The notes under the pieces were generated by a model, which worked only from the letters and a program-made list of their open reading frames with translations, had not been told where the DNA came from and made no database searches. The position numbers and the translations under genes are program-made. This document shows, one piece after another, positions 23,701-36,128 of a stretch of DNA of 64,000 nt. The stretch is from Octopus vulgaris (lineage: Eukaryota): contig OX597818.1 of the NCBI GenBank assembly GCA_951406725.2, positions 146,940,001-147,004,000 on the forward strand, written 5' to 3'. Position 1 is the first letter of the stretch. Each line of letters opens with the position of its first letter.

Positions 23701-26700
23701 ATATACATATTTTGTGTTTTCTGTGCTATTTTATTATATTTCTTTTTACTTCTATGAATAAGTTAGCAACTGATTTTTAAATTTTTAAACAATATTTTAA
23801 TTAACAGCAATTCAATAATTGGGAATGAAAAACTATAACAACAACCATCCTGTCCTTTCTTTCTACATGTGTGATAATTAATAATTAAGAATTCCTATTA
23901 AGATGTTTTGCTTCTAGTTTTTTTAGTATTCTATATATCGATATATTCATGTAAAAATAATGAAATTAAAATTAATGTGGTTTGATGGAGAGAGAAGAAT
24001 TTGCTTGCCACTAAGGCCAGGTGTGGTTGGCTTGAACAAATAGCAGCATCTTTTAATAATGGCAGGATTTTCACAGTTTGAATGCTAAACATGTTAGACT
24101 GTGACTGTATCCTCTACTCTAAGTGTGAATTCTTGCCAAAACATAACCAAGGCAGTGCTGCCTTGGTTGACAGTAGTTCAGTAATTGAAACGAATAAAAG
24201 AATTAAGGTGTTTTTATACAAAATGTTAGACCCTTAAGTCACTTCACAAATCATACATACATAGGTGTGAAACTTTCCTCTTGTATATATTTGCACCTTT
24301 TCATGTCTAAGTGAATATATTTTACCATAAAAAATCTCACTTAGAAAATCATAAAACTGCAGTTTTAAAGCAATATTTGTTCTGCACTAAGTCACAACCA
24401 TTTCCTTGTTGCTCTTACCATGAAAGATGCAATGAGCCAGTAATTGGCCCATTGTAAACCTGCAATCAACAACACTATTAATCCCCCAGCTGCAGAATTA
24501 ATACATAAAATAAAGAATTTAAACACAGGAGGAACAGTGCCTCCCAAACTAGTAGCTGGCGCAGGATGAACATAAATAAGTAGGAAACTACAGGTTGAAT
24601 GTTGCACATAATAATTCATTATATTGAAAGTATTTCATTGAAAATTTAATCTGTAAGTGATGTAATGAGGGAGGAGTTTCTCATTGTCTACACCAGGTCC
24701 ATGAAAGGACTAGAATTCAGCACAACATAGCAATGAAACAATTATTCTGTAACCTCATTGCTACTATTACTGAGGATGGTGAATGAAGGTGCCTCAGCCA
24801 ACTATTCATTTATTACTTAGTGGTGGACTTGACAATTACAACATAGATGATGTGTCTTAGTAAATAATACAGCATAGATAGATAATGGTACTCTGTCACC
24901 CAAATAATTGCTTGTAAACTGTTCAGTTGCTGGTCAGATGTGGTGGGGTTGCAAGCTCTCAGTAAACAATGTGGGAGGAGTAAGCTCTCAATAGATCGTC
25001 ATCTGTAAGAATAAGTTCTCCATAAAATGCTAAAAGTGGTGAGCATGTGAACTCTCCATAGAAGGTCAGGAATTGAGTTATCCTCATCATCCTTTAATGT
25101 CTGTTTTCCATGCTGGCATGGGTTGGATGGTTTGACCAGAGTGGGCAAGCTTGTGAGCTGCACCAGGTTCCAGGCTGATTTGGCTTGGTTTCTGATTTGG
25201 CTTAGATGCCCTTCATAATGCCAACCACTTTGCAGTGTGTGCTGGGTGCTGTTAACATGGCACTGGTATGAGTGCATTTACACGCTGCCAGCACAAACGC
25301 TTTTTATGTGGCACCAGCAGGCCAGTCCTCTTCCCCAGGGGGTACAGCCTAAACACTTCTGCTGAGGTGACTGGGTCTTCTTGAATACGTTAGTTAGTTT
25401 TCAATAAATGTTTAGTTGTGAGAGTGAGATCTCAAATGGTCAACGAGAGTGACCTTTTGGTAGATCAGTTATACAGGATCTGAATTCCAAACAACTAGTT
25501 AGTGGTGATAGTAGTAGTTTATTATCTTATATTGTGTTGTACCCATAGAAATTTCAGAGTTAAGTGTCATGGCTAAGTCCACCCAGCTGTAAACCAGTGG
25601 TGCACAGTAGAAACAACTCATACTCCAATACTCCAGGAAGTGGTTACAACACTATAAAAATATCAAGTGGTATGTTAACTTGCAACAGTAAGTTTCAAAT
25701 TCTAATGTGGGTAAATCTTGGGGAGAAACAGTTTTCATTAGGTTGATTTTTTAAAAGATGCACTACAAGAAGACAGACTTATCAGTGGTGCCCCCTATCA
25801 CACAAAGTGTTAAAGGACTCATCATATGACACACATGCTAATGGAATTAATTTTTAAGAAGACAGTATGCTGGCACTCTATTGTTTCATCTGGCTATAAC
25901 TCATCAATCCCTGGACCTGTTAGAAATAAGTCACATCTCCCTCATATCACTCTTTAAGATGGATGAACACATTGGATAATAGTTCTAAGTACACTATATT
26001 ACAAAAATGATGTGATAGTCATGACTGATTGGAATGGCTTTAATTATAAGTCAGAGCTGACCTGGAGATTAATCATAACCTCTCCCCCCCCCCCTCGTAT
26101 GTTATATATTTCCACTAACTTTAACCTATAATATAAGGAATAAAGATATTATCAAATAGATTACAAAGTGAGCATTTCAAGAATATCATGGAGAGAACAG
26201 AAATCCAATGGGAAAAAGGAAAAATACTCTTTATATTAGATACCATCAAAAAAAAAAAAAAAAAACGAAAATATTTTGGACACTTAATTAGAAAACATGG
26301 TTTATTAGGAATTTTTAATGCAAGACAGAATGAATGGGAAAAGAGGAATGGGATACCAAGAAGTATGTGGATGGATTATGTCGAAAATCAGACTGACTAA
26401 AATACAATGTGTTAAGACAGAACAAGAAAGGCCAAGATGATGATACGTGATATTTAAGAAGACGAAAACAGATAATACTTGATGATGATGAATGGTTAAA
26501 ATAGCCAAGTGGGGAATATCTTTAACTATCATGTTTGTGTTATTAGCTAAAGGAGGTGATTTATTGTTTCTCTGGTCACATTTTTTTTATATTCCTCAAT
26601 TTGTTTATCTGGAATTGTCACAGTTATTAGGATATTGGCTAAAATGCTTTGTTGAATTTTTTGTGACTCTGAGTTCAATTCCACTGAGGCCAAATTTGCC

Positions 26701-28101
26701 TTTCAGCATTTTGGCACTGAAAAAAAAAGTACCAATCCAGGGCAATAGCTTGATAGAGCATCAGATGAGTGGCTTTGTGGTACCTTTTCTGGTAGTCTGC
26801 AATTCTGAGAGCAACACTTGTGATAACATTGTTGCCAAAATGAAGCAGCTTTGCTTTCCTGTGGTAAACATTGGTGGAAAGAGATTTGCATGCATGAGAA
26901 ACTGAGTCTTCAAAAAAAGCAAACCTCTTGTCTAGACCTGTACCATGATATGAGAACAGATAGATTGTCAGCCCTAACCAATGGAGACTTTAAGAATACA
27001 TGAGGGCCAAGTTTGGATTAAAGTTACCTCTAATAAGCTTACATTCTGTTTGGCATTAATGATATTTCTCATGTGCATTTTAATGACCTAGCTGACCATG
27101 CAAGCATGGAAAAGCAGACATTGAAAGCTGATGATGATAATTGCTCATAAAACTGAAATTAAGCAACCACCTTATGGACTCCTAGAAGGATTAATAAACC
27201 TACAAGAACTATATTAATGAAGCTCCCTAATTCCATTACATCCAACATGATTCAAATTTATGGAGAAAACACAAAAAAAATGAAAAAACATTTTTTTTTT
27301 ATTACTCTTCATTTATTTTTAAAATATGGCATGAGCCAAGAATTAGATAATTTGCAACAACAGTTGTAATAGCAATTGTTTTACTCTGTGTGTGTGATAT
27401 TGTAATTTCTCTGCAGCTAAAATCAAGATATTAAATCTTGCTAATGATTACTGAAATTCTTCTTCAACATTCAGTCATTTTGTAGTTGGCAGGTAATTAT
27501 GTTCTTTATTTGGTTGTTATTTTTACTTCCTTTTTCTCTCTTTTTTTTTCTTACATTTCTTTTTTTTTTTTTACTCTTTCTATCATAATGAACTGCTGAA
27601 TGATTTAGTGTCCACATTCTCATTAAAAGAATCTTCTCATATGTTAGGAACAAGACACAAATGTAGACATTTCAGATGTGTGTGTGCACGGATACATGTG
27701 CACATGTATGTGTATGTGTGCTCAGGTGCATTTGCAGACATGGTTATGCGATTAAGAAGTTCACATCCCAACTAAGAGGTTTCAAGATCAATCCCACAAA
27801 GTAACACCTTGAGTAAGTTTCTTCTATCATAGACTTGGGTCAACCAAAGATTTACGAGAGAAATTTGATAGACATAGGCATAGCTACATGGTTAAGAAAT
27901 TTGCTTTACAATCACATGGTTTCAGATTCATTCCTACTAAGTGGCACCTTGGATGAGTGTTTTCTGTTATACCCTCATGTCAACCAATGCCTAGTGTGCG
28001 TGGCATCTTGGGCAAGTGTCTTCTGCTATAGCCCCGGGCCGACCAATGCCTTGTGAGTGGATTTGGGAGACGGAAACTGAAAGAAGCCTGTCGTATACAT
28101 G

Positions 28102-28142
<41 letters not shown>

Positions 28143-30577
28143 TTGTGTGTCTGTGTTTGTCCCCCTAGCATTGCTTGACAACCGATGCTGGTGTGTTTAT
28201 GTCCCCGTCACTTAGCGGTTCGGAAAAGAGACTGATAGAATAAGTACTGGGCTTACAAAGAATAAGTCCCAGGGTCGATTTGCTCGACTAAAGGCAGTGC
28301 TCCAGCATGGCCGCAGTCAAATGACCGAAACAAGTAAAAAGAGTATAAGGTATATGGAAGCCCATCATGTGTGTGTGTGTAGATTCATGTGTCTATGTTT
28401 AAATTAGCAGTGCAACAAACAGAGATCATGAGCGTCAAACTCAAAAACAAATCCTGGAATTGATATGATTGACTAAACCTTTGAAGTTGCTGCCGTAGTA
28501 AGGAGCCAATAAATGACCTGAAACCAATAAAGCAGATAATAGAAAAGAAAAGAGAAAAAGACATAAGCTGTATGGAAGCCTGTTGGGGTCATTATTCCTG
28601 TATTTGGGTTGCTGACTTCATCTGTCACCTGGTCCTTGAGTATTTGGCAGAGGATTTTTCCATTTCTAACATTCAAATTTGGTCCACACGCACACATACA
28701 CACAATTTTAACATTTATTGTGGGATCTGAACACTTGATCCCAATTCTAGACCCCAAATGTCCATTGATGATAGTATTTACTACAACCAAACTATAAAAT
28801 TGAAATAATTTGGGTGCGTAATAATGATCTTTGTAGCAAGTGAGGGAAACCTCTGCTGTCATTATAGCACAGCTTCCAACTTGCTAATAGACCAACTACA
28901 AGTGTGAGAAATACATAGTTAACAAAAATCAAGATATGAGACAATGAGTGTGTCGCCGTGGTTACTCAACCTACCTTAGGTACCCTGATTCAGTATATTC
29001 TGGGTACATGGCCAAGCTACCTAGGCAACAAGCTATTTATTTCAAGGATCATGCTGTTGCAACAGGTTTTGCACTACATACCTGCATTTGAAACGTTGGA
29101 CCAGCTGTGGTGAACCCTTCATAGACTAATCAACAGAGTTCTCCTACATTAGTTGTTGAAACAATATCAGGCTACTGCATGCTTCTATCTAAATATAAAA
29201 CTGATGCGGATATTAGACATCTACACCACTATCCCTGAGGAGAAAACAACAATATTAAAGCTTAGATGACCCTGAAGGTTTCTTTGCAGTTGAACTACAT
29301 TTGTAATATCTGACAGGTTTTATTTTTTAAAGAATTATTGACATTTACACTATATATAAGAAAATATAATTTTGCATCTAACATACTTCTTACCTTAAAC
29401 TTATAGTTAATAACTTTTACACTTCAACACTCTCACTTCAGAAAAAATTATGAAATTGAAAAATTCTAAGGATTCCTTATGTTTGAACAACATTATTGCA
29501 TACAAGATGCAAATAGTTGTATATTACAGTTGTTGCAGAATCATTGACATTTAAATAATGAGAATATATGCATGTGTACATCATATATATATATATATAT
29601 ATAACAAAGTGAAGTTGTAAGATACCACACGAGTGGAAATATATATAAAGGAAGGTTTGAAAATGCAATTTTAAAAGGTGTTTATTCACTTGACCGGTTT
29701 CACTTTTTTAGAAAAAGATTGTCAAAAGTAAAATGTAAAAGCTTTGTAAAAACTTTTTTGTGTTAAATACTGGTTGTCACAAAATATTACAATACATTTA
29801 TGCATTCTTTGATAATAATAAGAAAAATGTTAAAACAGTTTATAGGGAAAATAAAAGTCAAGTGAATAAACACCTTTTAAAATTGCATTTTCAAACCTTC
29901 TTTCATATATATATATATATATATATATAGGATAATAAAATGAATGGTTTATGACTGGTAGCTTACTAGTAAAGCACTGTCACTTTCACAGAGATCGTTA
30001 TGTTTACATCCGTATTTGTTAACGGTCATTTTTAATACTTTTCTCACTGTATTGCGTGGTCATTTCTCTTTTTTCCCCATCTTTGCAAATGAAGATATTT
30101 CCTCTGTCTGGTTGTTTTTCTTTCTACAAAATGAGAAGTTGCATTGCAGAACTATTATTTTAATGAGTTTTATCTGTTTATCACCTGATGAGATACATCT
30201 GAACTACTGGATGCTGCTGAACCAGTTTTTGAGTGTCCCACCCATGAAGTATCGATGCTAGATGTGTTGAACCAATTGTCAAGATTAATCAATTTTTGTA
30301 TATTCCATCTTCCACTTGCCACATATATATATATATATATAACTTATAAAATAAGGGCAAAAGAAAAATTCTAATGCCAAATATGCCGAAAATAGACAAA
30401 ATTGTCAATAACCATTATAATTTATAATTTTGTCTATTTTCGGCATATTTGGCATTAGAATTTTTCTTTTGCCCTTATTTTATAAGTTATTTATAAATTT
30501 AACCTTTAAAGGTATTTTTTAATATGCTGGCCATTGATAAAAATTTTTTTCGGGAAAAAAATTTTATCCTACATAGT

Positions 30578-30617
<40 letters not shown>

Positions 30618-32950
30618 GTGAGAGAGAATGTCAACAGATGAAATCCAGAGATGCTCAATACAGAAAACACCTAGCAGCATTCAGGATGAAAGCTCCTTCA
30701 CCAATGGGATCCTAGCATGTGGACTGCAAGGGAGACTATGTTGGAAAAATAGATCTCATTTGACCACATTCCATGAAAGTATCTTGGTCAGCCTGCGAAC
30801 TTTTCAGTTGACCATCATATGCGTATGTATGTGTATGTATGCATGTGTGTGTGCATGTGAAAATTTAATTTTTTACATCAAACCTATTCCTTATTCTTAA
30901 ATAAGAGGAAAAAGACTCATAAATGTCTCCTCCTACTTATTGATGATATAAGACTGGCAAAGTTGTTTGTGCTGTTGGGTAGAATGTTTCATTGTATTTG
31001 TTCTAACTCTGTACTTTAAGTTCAAATGTTACAGAAGTCAACTTTGCCTTCCATTATTTTAGAATCAAGGAAAAAGAAGTGGCTATGTGGTAAGTAGCTT
31101 GCTTACGAACCACATGGTTCCAGGTTCAGTCTCACTGCATGGCACCTTGGGCAAGTGTCTTCTACTATAGCCTCAGGCCGACTAAAGCCTTGTGAGTGGA
31201 TTTGGTAGATGGAAACTGAAAGAAGCCCGATGTATATATATGTGTATGTGTGTGTGTATGTTTGTGCGTCTGTGTTTGTCCATCCCCCCAACATTGCTTG
31301 ACAACCGATGCTGGTGTGTTTACGTCCCCATAACTTAGCGGTTCAGCAAAAGAGACTGATAGAATAATAGGCCACGGTCAAATGACTGAAACAAGTAAAA
31401 GAGTAACCTGAGAAGATAGGTTGGTAGAATTATTAAGAAAAACCAGGCTAAGATGCCTACCAGAATTTGTTCCATCTCTTGGAGTTTTGAGCTTAGATCT
31501 GACCATGGTTTACTTGTTTTGTAGACTTGATCTGTCACCCAGCTTAACACCACCATCTGGCACTTTGAGTACCTTTAATGAACCCCCATTCTGTTGAAAT
31601 CATTCAGACCAGATCTCTTATCTGAGAATAGCTTCTTCCCTCCTTTGAGACAGTCTAAAAGGCTCTATAGGGGTCGTGGACACTGTCTTCCCTCTTGACT
31701 AAAAGATTATAAGAAAAAACATGCCCTTGTAACAAGCAACCAAAATGACAAATTTGTATGGGTAGAGTAATCAGTAGCAGAATGTGACTGGTGTTTGTTT
31801 TATCACCACCACCCCACCCCCAAGGGATGAAAAACAAAGTTGTTTTGATAAAACATATAGGGATTAGCTTAACACTGAGAGCCTTCCACTCAACCCTCTT
31901 TGCCATTCTACAGTACTTTGGTACATGAATCAAAGAAGGTGCCTCTATGTGATCACAAGAGCTGCAAGAAATGACAGCCAAATTCTCACTTAACTCACAC
32001 CCTAGCATCTTACAAACGGGGAGGCATACTGAATATGATTGTACTGTATATATTGTCTGAAAATAAAATGATTGATCATATTTTTGCTTGAGCAAATGAC
32101 CCAGGGCTAAACAACACCAGCAACTCTTTAATACAGACTCTGAATCATTATAGAAGTTGATGACACCATTAAGTTGTTAATCATTGTAAAAGTTTCCACA
32201 TGAATCATTTTTCCTTATCCTCATTGATTATATCTGAGTCCATGAAATTTATTTGATTGAAATGGCAGGATTTCTTTAGTTTCTATCATCAAAGAATGTT
32301 TCATGTGTATAACTATTAAAGTCCAAATTGGTGGTTACCTCAAGGCTGGTCAGTGCTACTTTGGTGTCTGATCTACAACTTAAAGGGTGACTACTTTAAG
32401 TTACTTTTTTTATTTACTTTTCAATTTCTAACCTCCCTTAAGATGTTGGCTAAAGATTTTTTACAATAAATTCTTTTGTACATACTTAGCATTGTAAATG
32501 TTTTTTTTTTTCAAAATTCTTATTCTAATAATAATAAAACCATATTTCATTTATATCTTAGCGAATAATAATAATAAGATACCAAGAATAAACAATATAA
32601 TAATTAAAATAAGCATTTAGATCACACAAGATTGGCAGCCATGAGTTTTGCAATGTAAAGAAACTAAAAACTAACCTAAAGTAATCGCTCTTTAGATCCC
32701 ATTCCAAAGTAGCATTTGCTGGTTATTATTAAGTAACCAATTACTCTTTTACTTGTTTCAGTCATTTGACTGTGGCCATGCTGGAACACCACCTTTAGTC
32801 AAGTAAATTGCCCCCAGGACTTATTCTTTGTAAGTCTAGTACTTATTCTATGGTTCTCTTTTGCCGAACTGCTAAGTTACAGGGACGTAAACACACCAGC
32901 ATCAGTTGGCAAGCGATGTTGGGGAGACAAACACAGACACACAAACATAT

Positions 32951-32991
<41 letters not shown>

Positions 32992-35900
32992 TATATATAT
33001 ATACATACATACATATATACGATGGGCTTCTTTCAGTTTCTGTCTACCAAATCCACTCACAAGGCTTTGATCGGCCCGAAGCTATAGTAGAAGACACTTT
33101 CCCAAGGTGCCACGCAGTGGGACTGAACCTGGAACCATGTGGTTTGTAAGCAAGCTACTTACCACACAGCCACTCCTACACCATTGTTCAAATACAATTC
33201 ATCCATGGGCATCCCACTTTTATTTTCTCTTTTCAAGAATGTATCTAAGCTGCTATTATTCATTGTGTTCTGTTTTTTAATATGGTTGCCTGATTTGTAG
33301 ATCTGATTGCTTCTCCTAACAAACTAAGCAACCATTTTGAGACTCATCAATTGGCTCAAATATGATTAGTAGTTGTTACTTAGCTCTAATCTAAATCTGA
33401 AGGAGCTTAAGTTCAAGTGCACCCCAACCATAACCAACCAACTATTTTGTATATCTGATACATCACTATCCAATGAAACCTTTTTTTTAAATTCTTATTT
33501 AACATGCTAATTCGGCAGTATTGAATCCTTTAAACTTCTTGGGCAACCAGGAAATCAAACAAAAATTTAGTGATCCACTTTGCAAAGAAAACTGAAAATT
33601 GCGACAAACTTCACAAAGAAAGTTTTTTAAAAGCAAACTATTTTAAAGTCAAAATTTTAAGAAAAATGTATTAAAGAAATTTTACTTTGTTTTATTAATC
33701 CTACAAGTGTAATGCAGTTGGCAAGCAGAATTGTTCGCAAGCCAGACAAAATGCTTAGCAGCATTTCATCTGTCCTTAAGTTTTGAGTTCAAATCCCACT
33801 CAGATTGGCTTTGCCTTTCATCCTTGAAGGATCAATGAAATAGGTACCAGTTCAAAGTAACCAACTAGCTGCCACCCCCAAAATTTCAGGCCTTGTGCCT
33901 ATAGTAGAAAGGATAAATCATACACTTGTGTTTAACAAAATTATGACACATTTTCGTAATGTTTAAACATTAGTATGAATTTTTTAAAGCCTTAAATTAT
34001 ATATTTAAAATATCTACAATACACCTCAATATTTCTTGCAGCATTTCAGTATGCTGAACTACTACAGTAGGGTGAGAATTACTGCAATAGGGTGTGATTT
34101 TGGGAGAGGTGATTGCTGTTTCTAGCAAGTTGAAAAACTACATACAACTCCCCACTCACTTGTTGGCTTCTAAATATTGTAGTATCTCAAGCCAGTTAGC
34201 TAGAGTTTTGTTAGTAATTTTGCATGAATATGAGGTCTGGTCTATTAAAAGTAAACATGTGAAAACTTATTAAGACATTCACTAACAATGTGTTTAAGAA
34301 GTTACTTAATATCCCTTGTTGGGATAGTCTTGTTGAGACCCCTTCAGTCATGACTGACCGTGGGAGTGCACCTAGAAAGTTACCCCAAGGCTGGTCAGTG
34401 CTACTTTGGTGTGTGATCTACAACTTAAAGGGAGATTACTTTAGGTTATTTTTTTTATTTACTTTTCAATTATCCTCCCAGACACAAATCCAGGCAAGGT
34501 TGTTTATGGAAGACTATCGGTCGCCCATGCATACCAGCCTCCCCTCTCCATGCCACCAGTGTTATCCAAGGGAAAGGCAATGGCCGATACAGCTTGACAC
34601 CTGTGACACATCGCAACTCATTTCTACAGCTGAGTGAACTGGAGCAATGTGAAATAAAGTGTCTTGCTCAAGAACACAACATGCAGCCCGTTCCAGGATT
34701 CAAACTCACAACCTCACAAACGTAAGCTCAACGCTCTAACCACTGAGCCATGTGCCTTCACTGTCACAACAGCTGTTCTTAGCGTGCTTGCCTCATTTGT
34801 ACTGAAGTACTAGTTCATAGTTACAAAACATATCTACCATTCTCTCCACACAGTATGGATTCATAGCTACATACAGATACACCATTCTAGGGATTTGCAG
34901 CTATAAAAAGATATATAACTCACTCATATAGCAGGTATTCATAATCACAATATATATATAAATATGTGGTCATCCTTGCATACAGGCATGTCCCCTACAT
35001 CCCACTTCAGCTGAGCATTGCTAGTCTTGTGGGCTTGTGGGTACTGGTGCCATGAAAAAAGCACTTGTGCCAGTACCATGTGAAAGCACCTGTGCTGGAT
35101 CTGTGTGAAACCACCCAGTACTCTCTGTAAAGTGGTTGGTGTTTGGAAGAGCATCCAGCCATAGAGGCCATACCAAAACAAACATAGAACCCGGGCAGCT
35201 TTCCAGCTGACCAGCTTCTGTCAAACCATCAAACCTATGCCAGCATGGAAAAAAGACATTAAAACGATGATATATGATGATTAAAATGATGATGCATATA
35301 CATACAACATGCCTTTTTCTGCTTGTAGCAAGTATTTAGAGCTACAAAATAAATATATCATTTTCCCAAAATTGTTAGGATTTATAGCTATAACATATGA
35401 CACTCACTGAATAGTAGAGGTTCACAGCTATAAAGCGATCTATTGGCATCCCATACCATGCGAGGTCAGAACTAAAAGCATGTTTGTGTCTTATACACAT
35501 ACATGCACAAACAACCTCATGCAATCTACAGATATGCTTTTCAAAAGCAGGTTTCACAAATCACTGTTAGTTACCATGCTTAACTTAATCAGATTATGGG
35601 GAAATTGCATTTTGCTGGTCATAGAAGCTGAACTTTGGTGCTTTCATTGGATTGCGTTGTACATGACTGCCACCTCTGAGGTGAATGCACGCTTGGGTGT
35701 GATACAAGAAGTGTATAAAAATCTAAACATCAAGATTAAAGGAAGACAAAACAAGTTGGTGAGAGCCATCAAATGTTTTTTATGTCCCGTTTAGGTTTAA
35801 ATCAAGGCAACATATATCTAATACGATTTTCTTTTCTATAAGCTGCGCAAATATCTGTACACCTTAATAAATACGCACACACATACATATGCTGCTGCCC

Positions 35901-36093
35901 ACACCCAATGACATTGATTATGTATCATAGAACTGTTACACCATCTCATATAATGAGAAAAGATGAAAAAAATCTAATTTTCTTCCCATATTCAATCTTG
36001 ATATTAGTTTCAATTGAGATGTTAAAGTCTTGTCTTTTACCAGCAAACCAAAATAATTACTGCTGCACATTAAATCTAACACCCACACACAAG

Positions 36094-36128
<35 letters not shown>

